From: Cyanophora paradoxa CCMP329
Lineage: Eukaryota > Plantae > Glaucophyta
Length of the DNA stretch: 64,000 nt
NCBI GenBank assembly: GCA_004431415.1
Contig: QPMI01000469.1
Span: forward strand, 186,001-250,000
Reading direction: 5' to 3'
Shown piece after piece: positions 26,876-39,700 of this stretch. The notes beneath the pieces are model-generated. The model did not search any database. It saw only the letters and a list, made by a program, of their open reading frames with translations, and had not been told where the DNA came from. Each line of letters starts with the position of its first letter. Within the stretch, counting starts at the first letter, position 1. A program made the translations under genes and the position numbers.

Positions 26876-27186
26876 CGCCCCCCGAGTCCCCGACCCTAGG
26901 CCGGCCGATGACCCTGATAGTCCGCGCGCGCTGGCCTTCACCTTCGCAGCGCGGTTCGAGCTCAAGTCATTGAATGAAATGCAAGGGGAGAATTGCAGCT
27001 TGGGCAAAGCGGGTGCGCGCGCGAAGGGCGGCTGGTGCGATGCATATGCGCATGCGCATGCGCGTGCCCTAAGGGGGGCGGCGGCGCGCTGCTGCAATGC
27101 ATGCCCCAGCCTGACAGCGCTAGGGGGGGGGGGGGGAAGTGCGGGTACACGATTCCAGTGGTGAGAGCCGCGTCCATCGCCTCGTC

Positions 27187-28702
27187 ATGGCTTCCAGCGC
27201 GTTCTGTGCGCCTGTGGCGCAACCTCTTGGCCAGTCGGCGGCCCCTGTTCTCTCCCTGAGCAGCCAGTTCCTCGGGTCGCGTCCCGAGAAGGCCACGCGC
27301 CGCCGTCAGCACGCCAGGCAGGCGATCCAGTTCGATGCGGCTCCCACTCATTGCCTTTTCATGGACGACGAGAGCCCTATGCCCATTCGGTGTGGCAGAT
27401 TTCGTACCGCGACCGCGGCCTGTCATTGATGGCTGCTGGGGCGAAGGGCTTCGCAGGTGGATCGTATCAAGAAGGCGGCTCTCGTGACCGCTCTGAAGAC
27501 GCCCTTCTTGAGGAACGGCCAGATCGACATTGACACCTTCGACGGACTCGTCAAGGAGCAGGCGAGGACTCCGGCCGTGACGCCGCGAAGCGTACGCTAA
27601 TCGTGGCGATTGGCAGATGAAGGCGGGCGTCGAAGGCCTCGTCGTTGGCGGCACGACGGGCGAGGGGCACCTGATGAACGAGAGTGAACTTCTTGACCTC
27701 ATTCAGCACTCCGTGGAAAAGTTCGGTGACAAGCTTGTCATCATTGGCAACACGGGTGGCAACAACACCTCCAAGGGTTTGCATCTGTCGCCTCGCGCTG
27801 CGTGCCGATCACGCGTGCTGATCCGGTCGCCCGCAGCTCTTAAGCTTACGAAGCAGGGCTTCGCGAAGGGGATGCACTGCGCTCTGCAGATCAACCCCTA
27901 CTACGGGAAGACTTCGGACGCGGGCGTCCTGGAGCACCTCGGCCGCCTTCTGGCCGTATGCCCTTTCGTCCTGGCAGGCGTCATTCGCGGTATGACGAGG
28001 TCGCCGCGCGCAGGAGGGACCCGGTATCGTCTACAATGTGCCCGGCCGGACGGGGCAGGACATCAAGCCGGCTGTCGTCGAGAAGCTTGCCAAGAACCCC
28101 AACCTCATGGGCATGAAGGAGTGCGCTGGCAACGACCGTATTGCAGAGCACATGAAGCTGGTGCACATTGCGTCCTAAAGTGCAGCATTCGGTTCTGAGC
28201 TCGCGCGTCGCAGGGCATCAGCGCCTGGTCCGGCAACGACGATCAGTGCTTCGACGGGAGGCACGCGAACGGCAGCGGCGTGATCAGGTACGCAAGTTTT
28301 CCTGTTGCACAAGAGCGCCTAGCTAACGCGTACGTGCAGTGTGGCTAGCAACCTGGTGCCGAGCCTGATGCGGACGCTGATGGACGACAAGAACGCGACG
28401 GGTTTGAACTCGGAGCTCGCGCCGCTGATGTCCTGGCTGTTCTGCGAACCGAACCCTATCGCGATTGACACCGTCCTCGCGATGACGGGCGCTGTCCAGG
28501 TCCGCCCCGGCGCCTGACTGAGCCCCTGGCGCCGCTGACGCGCACTGTGCAGCCGGTGTTCCGGTTGCCGTATGTGCCGCTGAGCCTGGAGCAACGGCAG
28601 AAGGGCGTGGAGCTGCTGGCGAAGGTCGATCGCGCGGCGATCGTGGGCAGCCGCCTCGAGGTGATGGCCGATGCCGATTTCACCCTCCTCGACCACTTCT
28701 GA
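27187..28702 (+). CDS. dapA: 4-hydroxy-tetrahydrodipicolinate synthase (DHDPS), plant type, plastid-targeted
   Basis: [72 protein letters not shown]; transit peptide [10 protein letters not shown].. Confidence 0.95.
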
Positions 28703-28954
28703 GCCCGCGCCTCGCCCTCGCCGGCTCACTTTCCGAGGCATCCCGCCCAAACCTGTGAATACGCTTGTACTTTCCGGTTCGATCGTTTAACTTAGGATCG
28801 TCTCTGATTTTATGCGAGTTCTTAGCTTGTCCCACAATACATGCAGTTCACCGCAGCACGCAACAATGTCGACAGGCCGACCCGGCGGGGCCGCGGAGCC
28901 TGATCGATTGGGGCTGCTGTAGGGGAGGGATGGACAGAGCGGGTATGAATTGCG

Positions 28955-29548
28955 TCACAACCAGCCTTTTTCGGCCCAATAGCGCACGACATCGTTAAAG
29001 CAGTAGTCTGTTGGGGCTATCTGGCTCTGATGGAGCTTTGGAGGGGATTGGGTGTCGGGGGATTGGTTTGGGTGTTGGGCAGCGGGTGCCACTACTCGGT
29101 GGCGAGACGAAGGGGGCGATGGCGCACGCGCCGGCGAGGCGCGGGGCAAGGACTTCTGGTACGGGGGCACCCACGGGGGCCGTTTTTCTAAGCTCCAGTT
29201 GCGTTCCTCGGCCGCGGATAAGGTGCGGCGCTGATCGCTGGGACTGTTGCTGCCGAGGCGCTGGGAAGAAAGCGAGCCACGCGGCGACATGTGTCCCGCT
29301 GTATCGCCGCGGACGACCGCTGTCACTGGCTGGCTGCGCAGCAGAGTTCTCGCTTGACTCAGTGCGCTGTCCGCTTCATGAAGTAAGGCGTCGAGGTCAG
29401 TACGAGCCGCGGGCCCTGCAGCGCCTTGGTGCGCTCTGCGCTTCAAAAACCTGCGAAGCTATCGGCTGCGGCGGGAGAGCATGCACGGCGAAGCGCACTG
29501 AAAAAGGTACGTGTTGCGCGGGCTCGTCTCGGTCCTCGTCAGAGGCAT
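28955..29548 (-). CDS. Hypothetical two-exon protein, divergent from MYB3R
   Basis: MPLTRTETSPRNT|FLKRRAHQ..DLDALLHEADSALSQAR..DYCFNDVVRYWAEKGWL*. A GT-AG intron joins the two exons in frame. Confidence 0.5.
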
Positions 29549-29725
29549 ATGCATACAGCCGTCCGGAAACAACGGGCGCTGGGGCCTAGGGCTGGCAGTT
29601 GCGATTAGGATTTCACGTGAATCAGCTATATTATATAGCGCTGGGGCCTAGCTACATGTCTGGCTTCGGCTGGCTAGCAAAATTCAAGAAGAGGGGGGGG
29701 TTCGGAGTTTACGGGGTACATTGAA

Positions 29726-29734
29726 CCAACGGTC
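29726..29734 (+). promoter_or_regulatory. MSA-like MYB3R binding motif CCAACGGTC
   Basis: AACGG core in an MSA-like context immediately before the MYB3R ATG. A single site, so it could be chance. Confidence 0.25.
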
Positions 29735-29735
29735 G

Positions 29736-32700
29736 ATGGCAACCCCGACAGCGGGTGCCGTGCCGGCTGCGCCAATGCAGCCGGGCGCGGTCCCTCCAGC
29801 GCCTCCAAACGCATATCTCCCAGTGCAGCGCCCTCCGCCCAGCGGCGCACCCGCAATGCACCCCGGCCCGGTCCCGGGACCACAGACAGCCGCGCCCATG
29901 CCTCCGCGGCCACCTCCGATGCCGATGCTGCCAATGGATAGGCCTGCGCCTCCACCGCATCGGTACTATTTGAGTTAAAGGCTGTCGACGAGTTCGGGTG
30001 TATCGTTCACACCACGAGGCGCAGACGCCCGGCAACCGAGGAAGGCATCAACACTCACCTCCGAAAGAGCACCAAAGGTGCGGCGGCGCCCCATATCCGC
30101 TCCTTGCCCTTCTCCGAAGCTCGCTTTGCTAACGGCAACCTCTCGTCTCGGTTGACTGCAGGAAAGTGGACTCCCGATGAGGTTCGTGCTCATTGTTTTA
30201 CGTTTCTTCATTCAACTACCATGCCTAAAGCGGCGCCCTCGCTTTAGGATCGCATGCTGCGGGACGCAGTCGCGAGGCACGGGGGTAAGAACTGGAAGAA
30301 GATTGCGGAATACTTCACAGACAGAACAGATGTTCAGGTGCGTGGCCTCTTGTCAGCGGTCTGCCAACCGGGCCGATCGATCAGCTCCTGCACCCTCGCA
30401 GTGCCTCCACCGCTGGCAGAAGGTGCTCAACCCGGTGCTTGTCAAGGGGCCGTGGACGAAGGAGGTCATTGCGGCTCTTCCGCGCGTCTCTTGCCTCCGC
30501 CCTGACCCGACAGTGCGCAGGAGGACGATACCGTCATCAATCTTGTTCGGCAGTACGGCGCGAAGAAGTGGAGCGAGATTGCGAAGCATCTTCCTGGCCG
30601 CATCGGAAAGCAATGCCGCGAGCGGTGCGCTCCTGCGCGCGCCGGCGCCGGTGCTAGAGCCTTGGTCAAGCGTTGAGCAGGTGGCACAACCACCTGAACC
30701 CGGACATTCGCAAAGGCGAGTGGACCAAAGAAGAAGAGGATCATCTCATTCGCTTGCATCATGAAATGGGTTCGCTTGCCAATTTGCTTTCTGCCGTGCC
30801 CCTTTAGTGACAGGCTCAATCGAAAGGAAACAAGTGGGCGGAAATAGCGAAGCACCTGCCCGGTCGAACAGACAACGCTATCAAAAACCACTGTAAGTAA
30901 TTTTCTCTCCTCTTTCGCAGCAGTCGGTTTCATGCGCACGTGCCTCAGGGAATTCGACGCTTCGGAAGCGATTGAAGCACCCCTTCTACCAGGGCAGCGA
31001 CAAGGAGAACGGAGGCTCCGACACCGAGTCCGGGAGCCTGCCGTTGGCTCTTCCGACCCCCTCGGGCTTCTCTCAGACGCCCGCCGCGAGCGTGCCCCCC
31101 GCCGTCCCGCCGGCCACGGCGCCCAGCGCTGCCCCAGCTGCCCCCGCTGCTTCGACGGTTCCTCCGCGCTACACTCGCGCCACCGCAGCGCACCACACTG
31201 CGGGGAAGGGTTCGTCTGAATGTATGCATCCAGCGTCTGTTGTCCCTGACCCACAGACGGCGCAGCAGGGTCGCAGGAGTCGGTAAAGGACGCGGCCCTG
31301 CTCATCTCAGAGCTCTCCATCCCGCGCGAGAGCCCCACGAAGCCCCCGCGCTCAAGCACCCAGGCGAAGCCAGCAACCCCGGCCCCCGCGCCAAAACCAG
31401 ATATCGAGAGCGACATTGCTGCGGAGCTCGTCGGGATGGCAAACAACACACGTGCGCTTCTTTTGGCTGCCCCGCCACGCGGCCGCCTGTTCCCAGCTGA
31501 CGGCCCGGCAGTCGCAACGAGATCCGCGGCAGCCACGGAGAGGTCAAGTGCAACAAAGTATGGCCGAACGCCTCCGAGCATCCTGAAGAAGAGGAAGAGG
31601 CCTCTGCTGCCACCGGCTGCCCCAGCGGCCCAGCCGACGCCGACAAACTCGACGGTCGTGCAGCACGAGCGTCCAGTCTGCATGGGAACGCGCCAGCAGA
31701 ACAGGATTCAAGCGGCGGCGGCGGCGGCGGTGGCGGCGCAGCAGGGAGCGGATGCGAGCGGTGACAGCAGCGGGCTGGAGGATGACGAGCAATCGGACGA
31801 GGACGATGATCTTGACGGCGGCGTGAGTGGACTTGACGCCGACGAGGAGAGCGACGAGACGCTCCCGCTTGACGGGGGGGAGCAGCTCGACGGCCTGCAC
31901 AGCCGTCTCTTCCCGGACAATCTCGACTTGCACGCCGCCATCTTGCCTCCGTCGCCAGGCGGCCTGACAATTCCTCATCCAGTCCCGTCCAGCAGCGTGC
32001 TCCCTGTTTCGACACCTCAAGCAAGTCGCCTTCCGAGCGCTGCTCTTTCCACGCCTTTGGCAGATAAGTCAAGCCCTTGGAAGCACTACATTATGAACTC
32101 GCCAGCCGTACACCCCACCGGATCTCCCTCTGGCTACCTCGCATCGTCTCCAGCGCCGGACGCGCCAGCATCCGACGCAGCGGCGTCGACGAAATCCGTC
32201 GAGGTGCTCGACGAGAACTCAACCTTTGAGCCGCAGCCACCGTTGGAGGCGCCGCGGTCCCCGTCCAAGAGTACGGAGGCGGGCGACACTCTGTCGACTC
32301 CGCCACCAGCGAGGCGATCGTGCCGGCAGCCGGGCGAGCCAGCCCCGGTTCAGACCGACGTCCCGTCTGTCGTGGTCACCAAGAACTCGCCGAGCGCGGT
32401 GGAGAACGAGGCCCCGAGCCCGTCGGCGGCACGGTCGGCGGCGCACACGAGCGGCCTGCGGCCAGCGGACGGCAGCGTGGCGAACCCGTTCTCGGCGACG
32501 CTGGCATCCGCGGCGGCGACGAAGAGCCTGCCGACACCGGGAGCGCTCCCGGTTGGCTCGCCGGCGGACCCCGCCAAGTCGGAAGACGTGTTCGGGGGCC
32601 TGATCTTCACACCTCTCAAGGGCTTCACGGATTCTTCGCGGCTCGATAGCATCGCGCTTTATCCCATGGACACGGCGGCACACTTGGACACGCCGGCCCC

Positions 32701-34381
32701 CCGCACACCGGCTATCTCCAGCATCACCGCCGGCGCCGCCGTCGGCAGCGCCCTCTCGGCCGCCGCTCCCTCGCTGTCCAAGGGCTCCAAGCTCCCCTCG
32801 CCCCCAGGCTCTTCGTTCAAGGTTGTCAGTGAAGGCGGCAAGCGGCTCATCCTGACGCCGGCAGCGGGGACAGCCCCGGAGGACGGGCAGTGGGAGCCTC
32901 TGCCGCTCCCGCCGGACTTCGACTCGGACGCGTTCATGGCGAAGAACCCGGAGGAGCAGTCGCGGGCAGTCGCCGAGATTCAGCAGGCCAGGGGTTTGCA
33001 CAGCCCGACGTCTGGGACCCGGCGCCGCCCCGTGGAGCTTTACAACGACGACGGCGTCGCGGAGCCGCTCTCGCCCCCGGCGCGGCCCGACTTCGACGCC
33101 GTTGCAACGGATGGAAACGCTGCTGAGGTGCGCATTGGCGCCCGTGCGAGGGCCGGGGCCCGTGTGACGCGGGGCGCAGTCGCCGCGGGCGGGGGCGTCG
33201 TCGCGGAAGTGCATGAAGCGGGAGGCGACGAGCTCCCCGGGGGGCCGCCAGCGGCACGCCTCGCTGCTCGACGACGCCCTCGCAGCCGCCGCCGACGACT
33301 CTGCCCCCAGCGCCGCTGCCCTCATGCCCCCTCCCCCGCCCGCCGCCATCGACCGCTCTGCCCACAAGCCCCACGTCAGCGTCTCGCGGACGCCGGCCGG
33401 CCCGTCCCGCCACGCCGGTCAGGGGGCGGACGGCACGCCGGGGCACGCGACCGTGCCCCGCGCGACGTCCAGTGCTGCGACGCCGGCGACCCCGACCGTC
33501 CGCGAGCGCTCCAACTCCATCTTCGCGTGCGCCCCGGTCGTCCCTGCGACCCGCATGCGATTCACGTCCTGACCGCCGTCTCCTGCAGCGCCTCCGGACC
33601 GGCGCCGGGAACGTACACGGGGCGCCACGCAGGCGTCGGTGCAGACGGCGGGCTATACGGCACGCCGTCGCCGTCGGGCGCGGGAACGGGACTGCGGCAG
33701 GTGGCAGCGAGTGGCCTCTCGCAGGGGTCGGGGGGCGGGAGCGCCTGCAAGCAGCACCTCGCCTTCCTGCACCGCAAGGGGGACGTGGCGGGCTGGGAGA
33801 GCCCCATCGGGGCCCTCTCGATGCCCAACACGCCCGGCGGCGCCCTCAAGCTCCTCCAGCTGGGCTCGGCCGAGCGCCGCGAGCTCACCAGCGCCGTGCG
33901 CCGAGTCCGGCCCCCGCCCTCTCGAATCTGACGCCGCGTGCAGGCGCGGGCGACCCTCTCGCAGATGCCAGTGTGCAATCTCAACGAGAAGTTGCAGGGG
34001 CTCACGGTCGTGAAGCGCGCGCCGGCCGCCCAGCTTCCCGCCCCGAGCTCCATGGTGCGTCCCCGCATGCAGGCGCCGGCCCCAAGTGGCATCCTCCGGG
34101 CTCACGGTCCGCCCCTGCTGCAGGCTTCCCCGCAGCCGTCGAGGCGAGAGGAGCCCGGAAGCGGTGGCCCGGCGCCGATGCCGGACGAGCTCATGGCGGA
34201 CGACTCTCTGCCGTGCACGCAGCCGTTGGCGGAGAGCGCATCGAGCGGAGCCTCGGCGGCCGTCGCCGACGGCGTCCCCTCCAGGGGCGTTGGCGAGCAC
34301 GCCGACGCCTTCCTCTCTCCTTCCTTCGGCCGCCCAGCGCTCGGCTGCTCGCCCCTTCCACCAGAAGCCCTCGCTTCTTGA
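29736..34381 (+). CDS. MYB3R: Three-repeat MYB (R1R2R3) transcription factor
   Basis: [121 protein letters not shown], with TPPSILKKRKR downstream. Confidence 0.92.
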
Positions 34382-34473
34382 TTTCGAATCTTTTCATGTG
34401 CCTCTCGCTGCCAGGTATTTAAACGTGTATCGCAGTTAGTAGGAATGTACATCGATATCATTTTGCTTGAATC

Positions 34474-35334
34474 TCAAGCAACGATGTCTTTATCTGTCTT
34501 TACAAAGCGTACTTCGACAAGCAGAGCGGGTGATGACTCAAGCGGGGTCGGGCTGTTCCGGGAAGAAGGTGCGGGGAAGGTGACCTTGGTAGCCGCTAAT
34601 TGTTTTTGTCCTGCGCCCGCGTGCGTCTCGTCAGGCCAGCGCGACGCCCGTTCGTTAAGGGGACGCACAGCGGACGCGGCGGGGGAGACGCGTGGCTCAA
34701 CTGCGCCTGCGTCGTCGTCGTGTAGGTTAACCGCCTGCGAGATGCTTTCGTTAGCAGCGCGGGATGCGATTGGCCGAGGGCCGCACCTCAAGCGCTCCGC
34801 GCGGTCCGGGTCCTCTGCGAGCGAAGCCGACACCTCGGACCTGCGCAGAGGCTCTGTCGGCTCTAGTGGGGTTCTGCGCTAGAGGACGCTACCGCGCTGA
34901 CCGAGCCCGCTCGTCCAGCAGCGCGCCCGTCGCAGGGAAGAACACGGGCGGGCTGGGCTGCATCGCGAAGCGCCCGATGTCCGCGGACGAGAGCAGCTCG
35001 TCGCGGGGGCCCTCAGGTCCGTTCGACTTCACGCTTGCCTCGCCAGATCGGATGGTCGCGACGAGTAGCTCGGAAGGCTTCCCGAATGCCTCGGCTAAGC
35101 CGGGCTGGTGGCCACTGTACGACGTCGGCTTCGGACACAGCGCCCGATCCACAGACGGGCCTGGCCCCTTCCTGCTGAATGCTGGACCCTGCTTGGGTGG
35201 ATGCTTTCCATACTTCGCGCTGCTGTCGTCGAAGATGAAAGCATCTCGGCCCTCGCCGTCTGCGCGCGCCGGTCATAGGAGAGCGAGTTGCGGCGAGCAT
35301 AGCGCTGACCTGGATAGTAGCGGCTCGGCGGCAT
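34474..35334 (-). CDS. Hypothetical protein
   Basis: MPPSRYYP|DGEGRDAFIFDDSSAKYGKHPPKQGP.. joined through a GT-AG intron, with further exons to the stop at 34474. Confidence 0.45.
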
Positions 35335-35655
35335 CGCACGCGCAAGCTTTCTTCAGACAACGCTTCTCGGAACAGCGCGGCTGATGGGACAGCTGGTGGG
35401 ACAGTCAGATCAGCGCGGGCGCTCTCCCTTCACAACTCGGCTCGCCGGCCTGCCTGCAGGGTCCCTGTGAAGTTGTGACTGTTTTGTCTGGCAGGTGTAC
35501 CCCCATCCGGCTTGGACCCCCTCCCTCCGTCTTTCCGCACGCGCACGCGCTGCGCGAGGTGCGCGACCGGCAGTTGCCATAGCACAGTAGCAGTCTAGAA
35601 TTCCCCACTGTTTTGGATGGTAACTGCCGCAGCACTTCGCAGCTTACATACTGGC

Positions 35656-36707
35656 ATGGCCCCCGCCGCAACTGGAAAGAAGCGCGTCTACGTAATAAGG
35701 CATGGGCAGTCCACGTATAATGCCGCTACAGACTCGGGCGGACCAGGTTCGCGCTGGTTTGAGTCGCTAGCGCTGCCAGCGCGCTGATAAACATCAGATC
35801 CCATGCTGTTTGACGCCGAGTTGACTGGAAAGGGTGCGCGCGCTGCTGGCTGCTGCGTGCGCGGATGATGAAGTAAGCGGCGGCGGCCGGTGCAGGGGTC
35901 CAGCAGGCGAAGGCGCTGCAAGCGCAGGTGAAGGAGCTCCCCATCGAGGTGGTTTTTTCGTCGCCGCTGCGGAGAGCCATCCAGACGACGCTGCACGCCT
36001 TCGAGAACCACCCAAACAAGCCCCCCGTCGAGATCGTGCCTTATCATCGAGAGTTCCAAGGCGCGCGGCCCGTCGGGGCCTTTTGCCCGCCACGCGTGCC
36101 CTCGCTCGAGCTCGGGCTCCCGGGCCTCTAAGCCGGCGGCGGCGGCGGGCAGAGAGCTCGTGCGACGTGGGGAGCCCGGCGTCGGAGCTGGCGGCGCTCT
36201 TCCCCGCCCTCGACTTCGAGCACCTGGAGGAGATCTGGTGGACGACGGGCCCCGTCGACCGGCGCCTCGGCTTCCCCACGGAGGACCGCCGCAGCCTCCA
36301 GGCCCGCATCCAGGAGCTCAAGAAGTTCATCGCGAGGTAGCGGGAAGCCGGCGGGGGCGGGCGGCGCCGGGGCCGGCGTGATGGGGGCGCACGCGCAGCC
36401 GCCCGGAGCGGACGATCGCGCTGGTGGGGCACTGGACCTTCTGGTACACCGGTGGGCCCCCCCCCCCCCCGCCCCCAGGGCCTCTCGGCCTCCACCACTG
36501 AGCCTCGCGGGTGCCACGAGCTCACCCCGCGTGCCCAGCCACCGGCCACTCGTTGAACAACGCCGAGCTCGCCGAGGTCCGGCCCCCTCTCCCCGGCCCC
36601 GCCGGCCGGCCCCGGCGGAGCTCCTAACTTGGCGGCTTGGGCGCCAGTGGAAGCTGGACTGGGACAAGCACGAGCGAGAGTACAACGCCAACGCCAACAG
36701 GGGCTGA
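35656..36707 (+). CDS. Histidine phosphatase superfamily (phosphoglycerate mutase-like) protein
   Basis: KRVYVIRHGQSTYN..DAELTGKGVQQA..VFSSPLRRAIQT..RE..SCDVG..IALVGH: the RHG, SPLxRA and VGH catalytic motifs. Confidence 0.87.
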
Positions 36708-36793
36708 CCCGGCCCCAGGACCCCTCTCCGACCATGTTTGCAAACACGCGTGCCTCGGTCCCTCGAGCTCGGGGCTGGGGGGCGGGAGGGGCG

Positions 36794-39700
36794 CTAGTAG
36801 CGCCTGCCGTTAACAGCCCCCGCGGAGCGGGCGTGGGCGAGGGGGCCGGCGGCTCCCCCCGCCGGCCCGCCGGCGGTGCGGGGCCGGGGGCGGGCGGGGA
36901 AGGAGGGCCGGAGGGGAGGGCGGGGCGGGGCCCGAGGCGCGCGCGCTCGCGGTCGCGGTCGGCGGCGTGCCGCTCGGCGGCGAGGGCGGCGCTCAGGCGG
37001 CGGATCTCCTCCCGCATCGCCACCTCCTGCGCCGCGAACCGGCTCAGCTTGTCGTACAGCAGCTGCTCCATCCGCCGCGCCTCTGCGCCCCGCCCGCCCC
37101 CGTCGGCCCCGCCGCAACGCGTGCCGGCGGGGCGGCGGGGCGGGTCGGACCCTCGAGCTCCATGCGCAGGCGCGTGGTCTCGTCCCCCGCCGGGCCGTCC
37201 CCTCGGGCGGGGCGCTGGCCCGCACGGGGAGCTGGGGCCGCGCGGCTGCCGCGGGGCCCCGGAGGCGGCCTGCGGGGCGTGAGGGCGGGCGGGGGGCGGG
37301 CGGGGCGGGGCGGGGACCGGGGAGAGCAGGGGCGCCCCGCTGGGGTCGAGGTCCCAGAGGGCCGACCCGCGCCCCTCCCCGCTCGGCACCACCAGAGGCG
37401 TCGAGAGCTCCTGCCCCGCCCGCCCCGCGTCGCCCCCGGCCCGGTGGGGCGGGCGGGGCGGGCGGACGGCGGCGCGGAGCTGGTGCTCCTTGGCGTGGAG
37501 GGCGAACTGGAGCTGCGAGGCGACCACCTGCAGCCGCACGTTCTCCTCCCGCAGCACCTGCCCAGCCGCCCCCCGTCCCCCGCCGCCCCGTCGGCCCGGG
37601 CGGCGGCGCGGGGTGGGGCGGGCGCACGTGAAGGCGCCGGCGCAGCCAGTCCGCCTCCTCGTCCACCGCCCGCGGCGCGGGGGCGGCGGGGCCACCGTCC
37701 CCGCCCCTGCCGCCCGCACCGCCGCCGCCCCGACCCGCGCGGCGCCGGGGCCCGTTGCCGGCGTTCTGCCCCGCGACCCGCGGCGACCCCGTGCCGCCGG
37801 CGCGCGCCGAGTGCGCTGCGGCGCTGCGCGGGCGTCACGCGGGGCGCGGGGGCAGCTGCTGGGCGGGGCGCACGGCGGCCAGGCAGCCTCGGGCTCGGGG
37901 CCGGCCCCCGCGCGAGCGTCCCAGCGCGCCCGCGCCGACTGCGGGCGCAGAGGCGCCGGGGCGACCGGCGGCGAGTTGGAGCGCGGGGGCCCCTGCGGGG
38001 GGGCACCCCGCGAGGCCGCGCTGAGATGCGTCAGAGGGGTGCGGAGGGCCGGAAAGCGGCGGCGAGCAGGCGCGCACGACGCGTCGTTTGGCGCCGAAGG
38101 CCTGTGCGTCACCCGCTGCGGGGCGGCCTGCTGACGGGGGCTGGAGAGGGCCGGGGAGGGAAAGCGGGGCGGGGGCGCGGGGCCGGGCGGGGAGGCCGGC
38201 TCGTTCCAGGCCCCGCGGCGCTCGGGGGTCGGGGCCGGCTCCTCCTCGTCGAGGCGGCGCCCCGAGCGGGAGCGGCGGAAGGGCTCGGGCAGCTCCGCCT
38301 CCCCGCGCTGCAGCTGCGCCTCCAGCTCCCGCTCCGCCCGCGCCGCCGCCTCCGCCGCCGCCCGCTCCCGCTGCCGCTCCTCCAGCAGCGACCGCACCGC
38401 CGTCTGCCCCCGCGCCCGCCCCGCCCTCAGCGCGGCCCCGGGGGCCCGCACCGCCGCCGGCCGCACCCGGCGCTCGTCCTCGGTCAGCGCCGGCGGCTCC
38501 TCCTCCGGCGCCGCCGCCCGCGGCCTCCCTGCAGGGCGCGCGGCGGCCGCCGCCGGGGCGGCGCCGGGCCGGGGCAGGCGGCGGCGGGGAGCAGGCCGCG
38601 GTGCGGGCGGGGCGCCGCCGGCGCGCTGCGGAAATCGGCCTCGCTGCGCGGGGGCGGGTGGGCTTGAGGAAGGCGGGGCGGGCGGGGCGGGGCGGGGCGG
38701 GGCGGGGGAGCACGCGTCGGGCTCCTCGCGGAGGGCGGGGAGGGCGCGCAGCGAGCGCCCCGAGCGTCCCGAGCCGCCCCCCCACGACGCCAGCCCCGCC
38801 ACCGGCCCGACGGGGGCGGCGGGGCGGCGGGGCCGGCTCCTCGGGGCGGCGGGCGGGGGCGCGGAGGCGCGTGCGCTGGCGGCGGAGAAGCTGCCGGAGA
38901 AGCTGGCGGGGGCGTCGGGGTCGCGCTGGATGGAGGAGGAGCGCTGGATGGAGCGGTTGCGCTCGAGCGTGCGCTCGTCGCTGCGGCGCTGCTCGCCGAG
39001 CATCCGCAGCGTCGCCTCCGCGCGCTCCTCGTCGATGCGCCGCCGCTCCTCCTCCTCCGCCTCGAGCTCGGCGAGCAGGGACCGCAGCTCCCGCGTCTGC
39101 TGCCGCGCCAGGAAGCCCCGCGCGAAGCGCTGGATGGTGACGACGGCCGCCTCGTCGGTGCTGGCGAGGGGCGGTGGCGCGGCGCCCGTCGCCCGCCGCG
39201 CGATCTCGCCCCGCACCTCCTCCCGCACCACGCTCTGCCGCCCCGCTCGCCGGCCGCAGCGCGCGGCGGGGCGAGCGGGCGGGGCCGGGGCGCACGGCGG
39301 AGGCGCCCGGGCTGGCGTCAATGTAGGCGGCAAGGCCGGCGTACTCCTCATCCCCGACCCGCCGCTGCATCGACGCCGACCGCACCTGCCGCCGCCCCGC
39401 GCCGTCTCAGCCGCGCCGCGCGGGGAAGTGCGGGGCGGGGCGGGCGGACGAAGTCGCGGTTGCGCTGGAGGAGGGCCTCCTCCTGCTGCCGCTGCGCGTC
39501 CATCGCCCGCAGCGTCGCCTCCGCCCGCTCCTCGTCGATGCGCCGCCGCTCCTCCTCCTCCCGCTCCAGGTCCGCCAGCAGCGTCCGCAGCTCCCGCGTC
39601 TGCTGCCGCGCCAGGAAGCCCCGCGCGAAGCGCTGGATGGTGACGACGGCGCCCTCCAGCGGGTCCTCCCCAGCCGCGGCCTTGCCCGCGGGGGCGGCGT

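Noticed and set aside
19408-28702. Operon-like cluster of plastid amino-acid genes (cimA, dapA)
   Set aside because: They are on opposite strands and separated by two unrelated genes. Proximity is plausibly chance in a gene-dense genome.
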